Part shown: in pieces, positions 12,415 to 23,372 of the stretch
How positions within the stretch are numbered: position 1 is the first letter of the stretch
Layout: the number at the start of each line of letters is the position of its first letter
Source: Phoronis australis
Lineage: Eukaryota > Animalia > Phoronida
Direction: 5' to 3'
DNA length: 64,000 nucleotides
NCBI GenBank assembly: GCA_002633005.1
Contig: NMRA01000345.1
Coordinates: 205,864 to 269,863 of the forward strand
Notes under the pieces: generated by a model
What the model saw: the letters and a program-made list of their open reading frames with translations, nothing else
Databases searched by the model: none
What the model was told of the DNA's origin: nothing
Program-made: the position numbers and the translations under genes

Positions 12415-14370
12415 CAGTGTTCTCCACGACCACTTTTAACGTGTCGCAGCGTCCTGTTTGGCTAAACGCGCGTCCTGTTTAAATGTCCCGCGTCCTGTTT
12501 AAAAATCCCGCGTCCTGTTTAAAAATCCCACGACCAGTTTAAACATATAGCCCTGGACTACTTTGTAAAAAAAGGTGTCATGGTCATTAATAAGGTCTTC
12601 ACTGGTTCAAATCACCCTTGACAGCAACTGGCCATAGCCCATTGAAAATGAATAAAGGCCAAGTGGTCAGTTGTGGATAGCCTAATCACCGGTCTCACTC
12701 AAGCGGCAGACTGGGCAGCTAGTCTATTTATGGTGTAATGCGGCATGTAAATAATCTCTCAATTATCTACTTAATTCATCTGGAACAACTAGTTATAGTC
12801 AATTGAATTTAAACAAAGGCCCAGTGGTACCTATAGGCCTAATCCACTACCTTCTCACTGAGGTGCAGTCGGACATGAAAGTCGCTGATTGTTAGGCCTA
12901 GGCTAGGCCTATTCGCTTTTGAAGTCACCTTTTTGTGTTCAGTGGACAACTAATATTACCCATGAAAATAATTAAAACTTGGTGGTTAGTTCTTCGAAAT
13001 ATATGTTGTCAGCGAAGTATATGTTGTCAGCAAAGACACCACTGCGCAGCAGTTTAGACTACGGCCATCTTCTGGGAGGCCAGAATTTTGGTTTTCGTAG
13101 CACATTTTTTCAACAGGGCTCGACATAACGAGCTACAGGTCGCATTTGCGACTTGAAATTTGAAAATGCGAGCTGAGATTTTTGTCAGCTCGTATAAAGT
13201 CGCAAAATGCGACCTGGAATTTCCAACGAATGCGAGCTGAGTTTTTACACTTCTCAACAGATACCCGTCAAATACGAATCACCTCTTGTTAATCCGATCG
13301 TTGTTTGGTTGTTGCCAAATACAAGTTCAAAAGAACACTAACGGAGAACAGCCCTCCCGATGACTTGTAAGCAAGCCAGTCGCGTGAACATGGGATATGC
13401 AGAATCGATCTTTGACGCGTTTCATTGGCTAACACTTTCGGCCACTTTTGTAAATTCCCGGATTCGCCGAAGAAAGTTTCGGGCCACTGCTTAACACGTG
13501 ATAAAACTTCACAAAACAACGGTGTTTNGATGGTTCTCATTGGTTGTTGTTTGTGTACTTCTCACGTAGATGAATATTATTGGTTACTTTTGGTGTAACA
13601 GACTATTGAGATTGACCGAGTTCATCTCGTTGCCTTATAAGGAGTTTCGTATGCAGCATGAACATTAAACCTATGGCGCATACTCCCTCTAAAAATCTGC
13701 CAAGCATTCGCTAACTCAACTTCGGTGGCCGTGCGTGACGTTTGCGATTTCGGGGGAGTATTCCGAGATTTGGGACAGCGAATAACGTCACTGAGTAAAG
13801 TTCAAAATATACGTCTCGTGCTGAAAAATTGTAGCCAAAGTCACGTGCTCTCATTGAAGTCACATGGTGATACCTCGCGAAATCTCACAGAGTCTTGTTT
13901 ACTTGGCGTAGTCCTTACATTAGTGAACTCCATCCTGGCTTCCGTTACCAATTGACATGCGCATTCTACATACTTTAATGTCGTCTGCCGCGGGAAGGCG
14001 AAGGATCGCTAAGCCTAAGGATTATTTTAAAAACCGAGTGATGTTTCAGATACTGACGTTGACTCAGATGCAGATACGACAGATAATCCAGGACTGGATG
14101 ATGGTGATGTTGCCGGGCTCGGTCAACAAATCGCAAATATCCGTGTCACGAATGGTACAAACCGACAACGTCAGACATCAACAATACAAATGAATAAAAA
14201 GTTGAATAAACACAGTTATTTGGTTGCACTACTGTGCATTGCTATTAAAATGCGTGGGTAAAAATTAGGTGCACACTGGCTTATGAAGAACGTTGACCGC
14301 CGCGCGGTTCCGGCACGTTGCAGTTTTTACGCGTGCGACCTGTTTAGATTTTCAGATGTGGAGAACACTG
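12415..14370. mobile_element. Non-autonomous hAT-like DNA transposon (TIR CAGTGTTCTCCAC), 5-bp flanking repeat GATGC
   Basis: 13-bp TIRs; gatgc at 12410-12414 and 14371-14375; subterminal tandem CGCGTCCTGTTT repeats at 12449-12540. Confidence 0.7.
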
Positions 14371-14637
14371 GATGCATCGTTCCACACTCATCTTACCCGT
14401 TGTAGAGATTTAAGGGAAAAACAATCTAATAAACATCACTTCCGTGCATAAATCTCTGCCTTCTGTAACAACGAAAAGTCTATCGTAGTTTTGAAANATC
14501 TATTTTGGCGGGTAAAAATGGCGGGAAAATTTTGCGACCTGGCATTTACGAATGCGAGCTGGATTTTGAAAATACGACCTGGGATTTTGGCTAGGTCGCA
14601 AAATGCGACCTGGCGATTTTAATAGCGTCGAGCCCTG
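13114..14637. mobile_element. hAT-like element ends (CAGGGCTCGAC...GTCGAGCCCTG) with GTCGCA/TGCGAC subterminal repeats
   Basis: Matching 11-bp termini and shared subterminal motifs; a related left end lies at 11261. No TSD found, and N joins at 13528 and 14497 make the pairing uncertain. Confidence 0.5.
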
Positions 14638-15108
14638 AGCAACAAAGTTTGTTCTGAAATTCAGTTTGGAGGTACCAAAATACTAAAAAGTTTTAACGAA
14701 ATGAAACTAGTTCCGATTATTTGTTGTGGCATGTGCGCAACCTTGTTGGAGAAGAATCGTTGACTGAAGAATCAGTAAAAAAAGAAAATGGCCAATAAGT
14801 GACACTATATTTCATGATGCATTACATCGGACCACAACTTTAGCAGCAGAATAACATTTTTGTCCGATTTTATTTGATCAGGTTTTATGACATCGAGGCA
14901 AATTTGTACTCCTAGCATACAGCTTTGCACCCAGGCTAGCGGCACTGCCGCCAGCACCACTGGTCATTATTACAGCTCCTGATTTTGAGAACAATGCAAT
15001 CACTGAATAACAGGCCTAAATTCAATGCAGTGGACAAGACTGGTTCCCTGAGTCAGGGACACTTCACACATGTATTCGACAAGTGGCAGTGCATGGCAAG
15101 TTCTCGTA

Positions 15109-16008
15109 TAGGCAATGACCATCGCCTCTGTTGGCCCGAAGCAGAGGCGATGTAGAGGCTATAGGCGCTCTGTACGCCGGAAGCTTTTCGGCGAATTATG
15201 CCTCGCACCGACTAAACCATCAAAGTCACGTTGTTACAAATACCTTTTGCGCATAGAGGAACACCTTAGGAGGTTGTCGATGTGTTTAATTCCTTCCAAC
15301 TCGAACAAATACTCCCGTTATGAAACTTTTTCCTCGAGCAGTCCCTATTTCAGTTCCCAAAATCGTGAACTCAACTTTTTCATTTTTTTAACAAGGCCGA
15401 AGGTCAGAAGTTGCGGACCTACCGGCGAACTTTGAAAGCTGAAATTCCCGCCCTTCGCGTACGTGCTGCCGGGAACCAGCCGTGCATTTGCCGTGTTGTT
15501 AAACATTAAAATGTCAAATATGTGCAAAAAGACTATTAAATGTCATATCAACAGCATTTGTTTTTATCAAATACAAACAATGATTCATTGAAATACAATC
15601 AGTTTCAAGTAACGCCAATTAAAGACAAGTATAAGTGGTGGCATTTTGGAAACGAACATTTGACTGCCAAGACCGCAATGGCTCACCTTTGGCCTATTTA
15701 AAGATTGAGGTCATGAATTGGAGCGTGCGCAGTATAAAAAAGTTGAGTTCACGATTTTGGGAACTGAAATAGGGACTGCTCGAAGAAAAAGTTTCATAAC
15801 GGGAGTATTTGTTCGAGTTGGAAGGAATTAAACACACCGACAACCTCCTAAGGTGTTCCTCTATGCGCAAAAGGTAGTTGTAACATCGTGACTTTGATGG
15901 TTTAGTCGGTGCGAGGCATAATTCGCCGAAAAGCTTCCGGCGTACAGAGCGCCTATAGCCTCTACATCGCCTCTGCTTCGGGCCAACAGAGGCGATGGTC
16001 ATTGCCTA
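15109..16008. mobile_element. 900-bp non-autonomous DNA transposon with ~280-bp TIRs and a 9-bp TSD (AcademH- or MULE-like)
   Basis: Near-perfect long TIRs beginning TAGGCAATGACC; TSD gttctcgta at 15100-15108 and 16009-16017. Confidence 0.9.
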
Positions 16009-16263
16009 GTTCTCGTAGAGATTTGCGTTTTCTTGAGCAGACCTACGAACGCAGCCCAGGTAAAAATCTAGAATTACACTTGATCAGCAGGTGCATTTTA
16101 CACCATACGACGCGAAAAGTTACTAGTACCAGCAATCACATTAACACATACTTTCAGTTATTATTTCTAAGAGTAAAATTGCTCAGCAGTGGCCCTGACG
16201 TGCAACAGTAACAAAATATCAAAAAACGAGCGAAAATTCAGACCGGAAATCTGCGCGCTTTAC

Positions 16264-16338
16264 CTGGTTTCGACTGTAAGGTTTATCTTGGTTCCGACTT
16301 TTCTTAGCCTTTATCTTCCCACCAGCGTCGGAATCCAT
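16264..16338 (-). CDS. NUP153: Nup153 coding exon 1 (MDSDAGGKIKAKKSRNQDKPYSRNQ)
   Basis: ATG at 16338; GGKI...KPY motif like the vertebrate Nup153 N-terminus; donor CAG|GTAAAG, phase 0, joins exon 2 in frame. Confidence 0.88.
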
Positions 16339-16429
16339 GATTAAATATACAATTACTTATGTCAAGCCAAAATGCACGGTGTGTTTCAAAATAAAGTAAA
16401 AACTACACCATTCTGAAATCACGTTTATG

Positions 16430-16490
16430 CTGAAAAGATGGCGGTTTCTTCGCAATTGTTGATTGGTTAAAAATGTATAGCACGTGACTT
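16430..16490 (-). promoter_or_regulatory. Putative NUP153 proximal promoter (YY1-like AAGATGGCGG, CCAAT box, CACGTGAC E-box)
   Basis: Motifs at 16435-16444, 16462-16466 (CCAAT on minus) and 16481-16488, about 100-150 bp upstream of the ATG; typical housekeeping combination. The TSS is unknown. Confidence 0.5.
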
Positions 16491-16697
16491 CATTGTCAGC
16501 AGTACACTCTCTAGGACGTTTTCGGAATTAAATTCATTACAGCAAAGACATGTCGTGCAGACAAGCGGTTTATTCGATTTTTTTTCAAAAGCAAGCAGAT
16601 TAGTTATAGAGAAACGTTCGCCCTAACCTCATTCCAACAGTACAGGCTTCGTGAATTAATCATTAGAACCCACATGTAACTTGTGTGACTGTGAACA

Positions 16698-16815
16698 TAG
16701 GCGGATTTAGGGGGGGGGGCAGGGGCCCGGCCCCCCCCTTGGCTGCCGCAAAAAATAATACAGTAAGAGCGTAGGGAAATGGTGATTTTATTAATTAACC
16801 CCGGTAATTAAAATT
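16698..16815 (+). repeat. MITE fragment (GGCGGATTTAGGGGGG... family), related copy at ~48178-48381
   Basis: Shared ccttggctgccgcaaaa...aagagcgt...aaccccggta segment; related GATCCGCC(A/C)CTG termini at about 31005, 43271 and 48370. Confidence 0.55.
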
Positions 16816-17378
16816 ATACGGATGAAAAAAGATTTAAATGTGTGCAGTTTTAGTGTTGGGGGGGGCTCAAATCCAATTTCAAGTGTCAAATTCGGAACAC
16901 GGCGCATCCGTAACGGAGCTATGGCTAAGTATAGGCTCTCCCGCGATATCCCAGGCGACCGGCAGTGGCGCTGCGCACTACGACTCCGTTTCCGTCGTCT
17001 GCTCCACTGTGCAATGAAGAAAATTTACTTCATTTTTAAAGAAAATGGAATCTGAGTGACGATGAAAAAACAGAAGCTGCTGGCAAGTTGTGAATTTTAA
17101 TCGAAGCCTTAGTGAATCACTCAGAATGGCGCAATACTCTCTTTGTCAAACCTTATCATAAGACGATTTCCAAAGCAATCCCGTCATTATTGCCAACACG
17201 AAAAACTGGATTTGGTCTTTTGGGCATTTGAAGACTATTTCAAATACGACAAATTTGTTAAGAATTGATGGCACAAAATATAAAACGTGTAATACGCATT
17301 ACAAAAAGAATTAGGTTTCGCGCGCAAACGCTGTGGACCATAAAGAAGTAGGTCTTTTAGTATAAGATTAGTAGTTAA

Positions 17379-20300
17379 GAGGCAGTCCATATAAAAACCA
17401 GTAGATTTTCAAAAATCAGTCTATACGTCAAAATTTAAAACAACTTCATTTTTTGTACATGGGTAGGTATCCTAACAAAAACCCAAATGCCAAATTTTGT
17501 GCACTCAATGACCCCTAATTTCGCCGCTGGAGCATGATAACACAAATTGGCACAATTGGGCATATTAGCCGTCTCAAAAATCGCATGTTTTCAGCAACAA
17601 AAGTGAATAACATACAAAATAGATCAAAAGCTATATTTTGGTGGCTGAAATAACCAACGTATGCTGTGCATAATTCTGTGTCATTTATTAAAGTTTTGTG
17701 CTAGACAGGGGAGATAATCCACAGACCACTTTTTGGGGCTAATTTTAGTGGCCATTTTTGTGACCTTCTTACTGCCATAAAACACCTTGTAGACTTATGT
17801 GACGTTTTGAACATACAGTTAAAGAGTTAGTCTTGATGACTAAGCAATAAAAAATCTTGCCTCAACTATGCATTTAAGTAAAAATTGTCTTGCAAAACTG
17901 TCTATTTTCATAGTTTGGAAATGACGAGCAGAGTTTACAGACCGGCCATTTGAACAAACTTTTAGGCAAGAAGTCTGCTTTAAATAGTTATAGAAACCAA
18001 GTCTAAACTCTTTCAAATGAAAACAAGATGTTTTCCGGGTTTATTACGCGGCTAGTATCAAAACTGAACCCGATGACCTTTGCCCACTGAGGGATTCAGT
18101 TGAGGTTAAGCATGAGCATATATAAAAAATGTACGTGTAACCCCGGCTCTTGTATTCTTTCATTTCTTTTACATTATCAAGTTAATTTAAACACTCTGTA
18201 GAACTTTTAAATGGAAATAAATGCCTTTAAGATTAAAGGAGTAAGAATTGATATTTGTAATGACTGGTTTTGAGAGAAGCAGGTGCATTTTAAAAAGACA
18301 AAATGGCGGACGATGGGTCTTCATGTTCCTTTAGAGTTTATTCTGCATAAAATCCGATCACAAAAGCTTTGTGCTTTAACGAGTTATGTCAAAGACACCA
18401 CTGAACATTTGAGATACAGGAAAGTACCTCACAAAACAAGGCCTGTGCCAGAGCCTACGGACTCGTGCTACCCAGAGTCGGTGAATTTCTGACTGAACAG
18501 GACCCGAGTCATGGAAGAGTCAGGTAATGCTGGATGTTACCACTCTGCTTCTCTCCTCCTGAACGTAACAGCCTTGTCAAATTCTACCGGCATTTCTGTT
18601 TCGAGATATGACTTAAGTGAAAGTCGGAATGGAAAAGATCTCTGTGATCGCCATCGCTCCACTCAAACAACATGCAAAGTACTTTGTAGCCGAAGGTAAC
18701 AATATCATAAACTTTCTGGATTTGAAAGAAGCATTACTTTCCAGTGGCCGTGTGAGGGGATGTTATGTGTATGCATGTTCAGTCGATGCAACAAAGTCTT
18801 TTCCAAAATACTCAGTTCCTGGTATAAGCACATTCCCAAATTCCCACTATTCCACCCAAGGAATTCGCGTGTGGAAATCATTCCATGTAGGTGACGGTAA
18901 GTCGTCTTACAAATACTGAGAAAATGGGAAACCTATTTCTCTAAAATACACTAACATCTCTAGACATGGCGGATTTTCAACACCAGGAGTTAAGGTTGGC
19001 ATTGTATCTAGTGAAGAGCCTCAACAAAAGTTCCCTTGTACCCAGCAAGGTTACTCGAAATTTTTGCTACAGACGCAGAACTAGGTCAGCATTTGGATGT
19101 GGGTAACCACTCTGAAATTTTACAGAGGGAAACCACGTATGACCACATCGCACGAAAGCGGTCAGAAATGCTCTCAGATGCAAGAACCGGAGCGTCATTT
19201 GAGGCAGCCTCAGAGTACAGTGTGGATGAGACGAATGCTGAAGCAATAGGTTAGGCTTGAAAAAAGGTAAAATGGCAACAAGATTTTCAGCAAAGGTTAA
19301 GAACTTTCTGACGAACATATTCGATGAAGGAGATAAGTCAGGTAAAAACGTTCATCCTCGGAAGTGCCAAAATGGAGAAAACATTACGAGAACCCACTGT
19401 GAAAGTGTTTACCTGTGATGTTAAGCGAATCGCAGATTGGTGGATTTTTTCGAGGTTGTCTGCAGCAATGTTTCTGCTGAAGATGCTGTTATGTCGTCAG
19501 ATTTACTGAATGAAGTGGTAAATGAGCTCAATTAACGTTTAGCCTAGTTTTGTAGCATACCACGATGTGTGATATATGAAGTCGAGACCGTTTCTTCTGT
19601 TTACTTCATGTCTGTCATGAATGAGTCATTAATAAAATTGTCTCTCGTGAATTATTTTCTATTGACTGTGAATGTGTACCTTTTTATACCACTGATGATC
19701 ACACTGGCAGAAATATTCAGCGTTAAGGTGCCCAATGTGTGGGGGGAACACCAGATTTTTGGCGACTGGTGGCGACTAAAATTTGTAGCAACCAGCAGGG
19801 ACATTACAATATGAACCCAAAGTTACAATGTCTATTGACAAGTTGAAGGATTTTTTGCATTGAACACTAGGGGGCCATATCCACCTTGGGTGCCTTCCTT
19901 TGCCTGTGGCACGAACAAGGCAGATAGAAAACAAGGCAAGGGTGAGTTCAGTAACACTAGAACCTCTCTAAAATCTATCCAAAACCACGTGTTCTCATTT
20001 AAAATGCAGGGCAATATCTCGCGAAGTCATGAATTATAGCAAGGTCCTAGTGTTACTGCTCAGATGCGCTTCAGTCTCCTCGTAAACAAAAGCAGCGCCA
20101 TCTATCATTTATAAGCACGCTTGCCAGTTGATTTACGTACATATTTTTTGTAATAAGCAATAATCATCAATGCCGTTTTCAGAGAATGGTAATTAATAAT
20201 GCTGTCTGCCTTTTCTCCAAAATACAAGGTTTTTATGTCGTGTTTCGCAAGCTAATTATATGTTCCAAGAGCCCCCTATTGGCAGCAGAGGCAACTGAGA

Positions 20301-20845
20301 ACATGCAAAAGGACGCAGTGCAGTTCGTGTAATGCTTCGTACGCAAAAACTACATTAGAGGCAAGATTTTTTATTTTAGATTATGAACAGTTTAGGAATG
20401 ACTGAACAAATTATTATAAAGTCAATTTCAGGAAAGGTGCGTTATGGCTGCTACAGAGTGACAAATTTGGCCGAAAATGGCTTCAGTGAAAACCTGAAAA
20501 ATAGCCGTTTTTGCCTCACAAATTCAAAACGTACAAATTTAAAAATGGATTTTGAAAGTTATGCCATTAAATTATTCAGCCATTGGCCTTTCCATTCGTA
20601 TTATTCACTTGTTTTGACCTTACCACACATGCTAGTAAAATGCATTCAAACATGCCTACTTCGACGCCCAATTTTGTTGCAAAATGGAGGTACGTACAGG
20701 TCATAAAAAGAAAAATAATGAATGAAAATTCTTAAAAAGTGAGGTTTTTCTACATCTCAACAAACCAAACTCATGTGCTAAGTTTCAAAAAAATCGGTGA
20801 TTTTGGGTATAGACTCTACCTGTTGGTTTTTATATGGAGACACTC
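17379..20845 (+). mobile_element. Decayed Sola3-like DNA transposon
   Basis: TTAA on both sides, GAG...CTC termini, TIR core CCATATAAAAACC with patchy inverted similarity over ~500 bp, internal transposase remnant. Confidence 0.75.
18480..19480 (+). pseudogene. Frameshifted DDD-type transposase remnant (Sola3-like)
   Basis: Fragments SGNAGCYHSASLL, RYDLSESRNGKDLCDR, EGNNI..DLKEALLSSGRV, PGIS..HYSTQGIRVWK.F.VG.GK, F.TDAEL.QHLDVG.H resemble the SDNAGCYH / FS.PQ.GK..CDR transposase signature. Confidence 0.7.
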
Positions 20846-20849
20846 TTAA

Positions 20850-20915
20850 GTCGTGGTGGTGTAGTGGTAACGCACACGCGCTCTATCAGCTAGGTCGTGA
20901 GTTCGAGTCTTTAGT
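20850..20915 (+). mobile_element. tRNA-like head of a second SINE family (truncated)
   Basis: TGGTGTAGTGG A-box and GAGTTCGAGTC B-box; no proper cloverleaf or acceptor stem. Confidence 0.5.
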
Positions 20916-21099
20916 ATATCCAGTTTTTCCTGTTTGACACGTTCTCCGTTTTTTGGTTTTTTTTGCCTTTTTTCTTGGATAATACTTCAGGAATGAAGGA
21001 AAATGCTTGATTTTTAGAGGTAAAAACAGAAAAATTTCCTGGGCGGGAGGGGGGTTTGCCGACCTCCCCCCATTCGGTGCTATGCGCATCTACAATCGT

Positions 21100-21680
21100 T
21101 CAGTTTGCGCAAATGCTTACTAAATTTAGTAAAGTTCCTTCGAACACTTTAAGATACAGCCATAGGCGCAAAAAACTGCCACTAAGAGGCGCTACAATAG
21201 TCAAAATCGTCGGAAAATCATCGTCAGCCGTCCACTTCATAGTTAGAACATACGTGCCAAGTTTCACAATCATCCTTTGAGATCGAGGTTTGGTTAATAG
21301 AGGGGTGGACGCAAAAAAAACAGACTCCAAAACAGTAAAACTGGCCATTAGGTGGCGCAAACTATGTTGACTCCATCCGAAAACGATATAACAGCGTCAT
21401 CTCACTAATAGGTGCCAATATACCAAATTTTATGAAAATCCGTTCAGGACTTTTGAAGATACAGAGGTAAACGCAAAAAACTAAAATTGCCACTGGGGGG
21501 CACACCGGTAGTCGGATCCGTCCGAAAGTTCGCTCATGCCGTCCCATCCACGGAAGGAACGCATGTGCAAAATTTCATGAAGATACGTCGAGGCGTTCTA
21601 GAGATAGAGCAGCGGACACCGGACGGAGATGACGGCATAATGCATCCACATACAAATATAAATATGAGGGCGCATAAAAA
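21100..21680 (+). repeat. Helentron/HINE-like non-autonomous repeat with internal ~130-bp tandem units
   Basis: Repeated GGGCGC...aaaatc...ccaaattt(c/t)a(t/c)gaa units, GGAC repeats and an A-rich end; similar units at 23200-23368 and 24985-25620. Confidence 0.45.
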
Positions 21681-21737
21681 TGACTACGTGCTATGACCTC
21701 GTGAACCTCCCCAATTTCGCAGCTTGCCATTTGCTAA

Positions 21738-22349
21738 AGAGGCTTGCTTGTTCCCTGCGTGCTTATCCCAGCCAGCACGCAGGTATCACGCAGTGGCACG
21801 CGCTTTAGCATTGGTCGATGTAACCTCGGCAGTCATTTGGTTAGCTTTACAACACCGTGAAAAAAATCATGGCGGACTGTGAACGATTTTTAGCCTTGTC
21901 ATGCAAGTAGCGCGTCGCAGCAACTATTTCGTTTCTGCAGTAATGTTTAATAGCCGCGTGCTTGAAGCACATACATATACAATAAACACATATCTGGCCG
22001 ATTTAACCGGTGTGTTATGAAAGCAGGACAGTATCGTAAACAAAAGACATCGACGGTAGAAAGATGCATTCCGAAAAGGCGCAATCATAATTTCTAGGCT
22101 TCACATTTTCTCAGTGAACATAAATTTTAAGCACCGATTTGTCTGTACAACAGACCACATTTACACTTCAATCCATCAGTCATGCCTGTTTGTTTGCGTA
22201 AAGCGCTGCCCGTTGAGAATTCGACTAGCCAATCAGAAACGCCGGTGTAAAAAAATTTACCGAGGAAAATTAAGTGATTCCTGCGTGCTGGCGCGGCTAC
22301 CGCCCCGCCTAGCGGCACGCAGGGAACCGACGAACTAAAGAGGCACCTC
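21738..22349. mobile_element. MITE-like dispersed repeat with TTCCCTGCGTGC inverted ends
   Basis: Inverted ttccctgcgtgc / gcacgcagggaa near the ends; 21770-21975 recurs at about 39333-39520. Confidence 0.6.
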
Positions 22350-23372
22350 TTACCTGATAAATAACGTTATATTTGGAGAGCATAATTTTTTTAAAATACA
22401 ACTTAAAATGACGGCATTTTTCAAATGTCCAATGCTTGAAGGCATACAAGAAAAATTAACTTGCCCTCCTGACATGGACACAGGATGAAAAATTGGGAGT
22501 TGCGGCCCACTGCCTATTCCAAAGAAGTTAGACAAATGAAAGCAAAATTCAACATTCATTTAATAATTTGTATTTTTCATACAAAATACCAGGCATTCCA
22601 TATAATGTGTAACAAATATGGGCAATGCATACTCATGGCAGGCACTGGCATCTGTGAGCCACCTACATAAAAGCAACATTGACAAATGAAGGGAAATAGC
22701 AGTATAAATATCCAGTACACTGAGTACAAGGATACAAGATTTAGCACAACCACCTTGGAACAGCAGAGCCACGTGGGTATTTGTTTACTACTTATCCGAG
22801 ATCAAAGGTTACAGCACGGGCGGTCACTCAAACCGAGTCCCACCAGGTACAGAGCAGCTTCGTATCTACCCTCTGCCCTTTCATTCACCGAGTCGTCATA
22901 ATATTGAGTCAACGAGGTCTACAGTGTCGAGGAAAACAAAGACAAAACGTAGTTTTGATCCTGTTGTGCGTATACATGCACACGACCGTTGAGAACGAAC
23001 CTGTGCCACGCCGGAGTCGCCTCACGCCTTTGTGGTCACGAACACAGCAAGTTGAGAAAATACATAAACCCTCACCCTAATTCCTTGATTCTAGGAACTG
23101 GTTCCTAGCTTGATTCAATAAGTAAACTGACATTTCGATCTCATGCTTACGACATACTTTAACCACCGACTCCATTTTTGTTATCCATTTCATTTAGATG
23201 ATCGACGGACAAGAACTAGCGGTCTTGTCGAAAACTAAAGCAGCCAAGAGGGTAGTCGAATCAAAACGAAAATCGGCTTCTGACAGCGCCTCCATCCCTG
23301 TCATATATCTTTGTGCCAAATTTTATCCAGTTGTGCCTAGCGTTTTTTTTTCTTTTGAGATAGCCAACTTAA

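Larger units (their letters stand above)
1..16338 (-). other. NUP153: NUP153 gene, 5' part (13 coding exons in window; continues past position 1)
   Basis: The spliced translation is open across 13 GT-AG exons with matching phases (2212 nt). It carries Nup153 hallmarks in order: GGKIK..KPY, SLLNRIKDSVKEV..PSWL, SPFYPGKTTYGGA, SSTAKRILETLEKMATPLADARKIP, GGKMKRE, LP..TLPI..FNF, F.FSSPI, LK.GSVMDIL and a RanBP2 zinc finger. Confidence 0.95.

Noticed and set aside
15115-16002. Twin ORFs MTIASVGPKQRR... on opposite strands
   Set aside because: They are simply the two TIRs of the 15109-16008 element.
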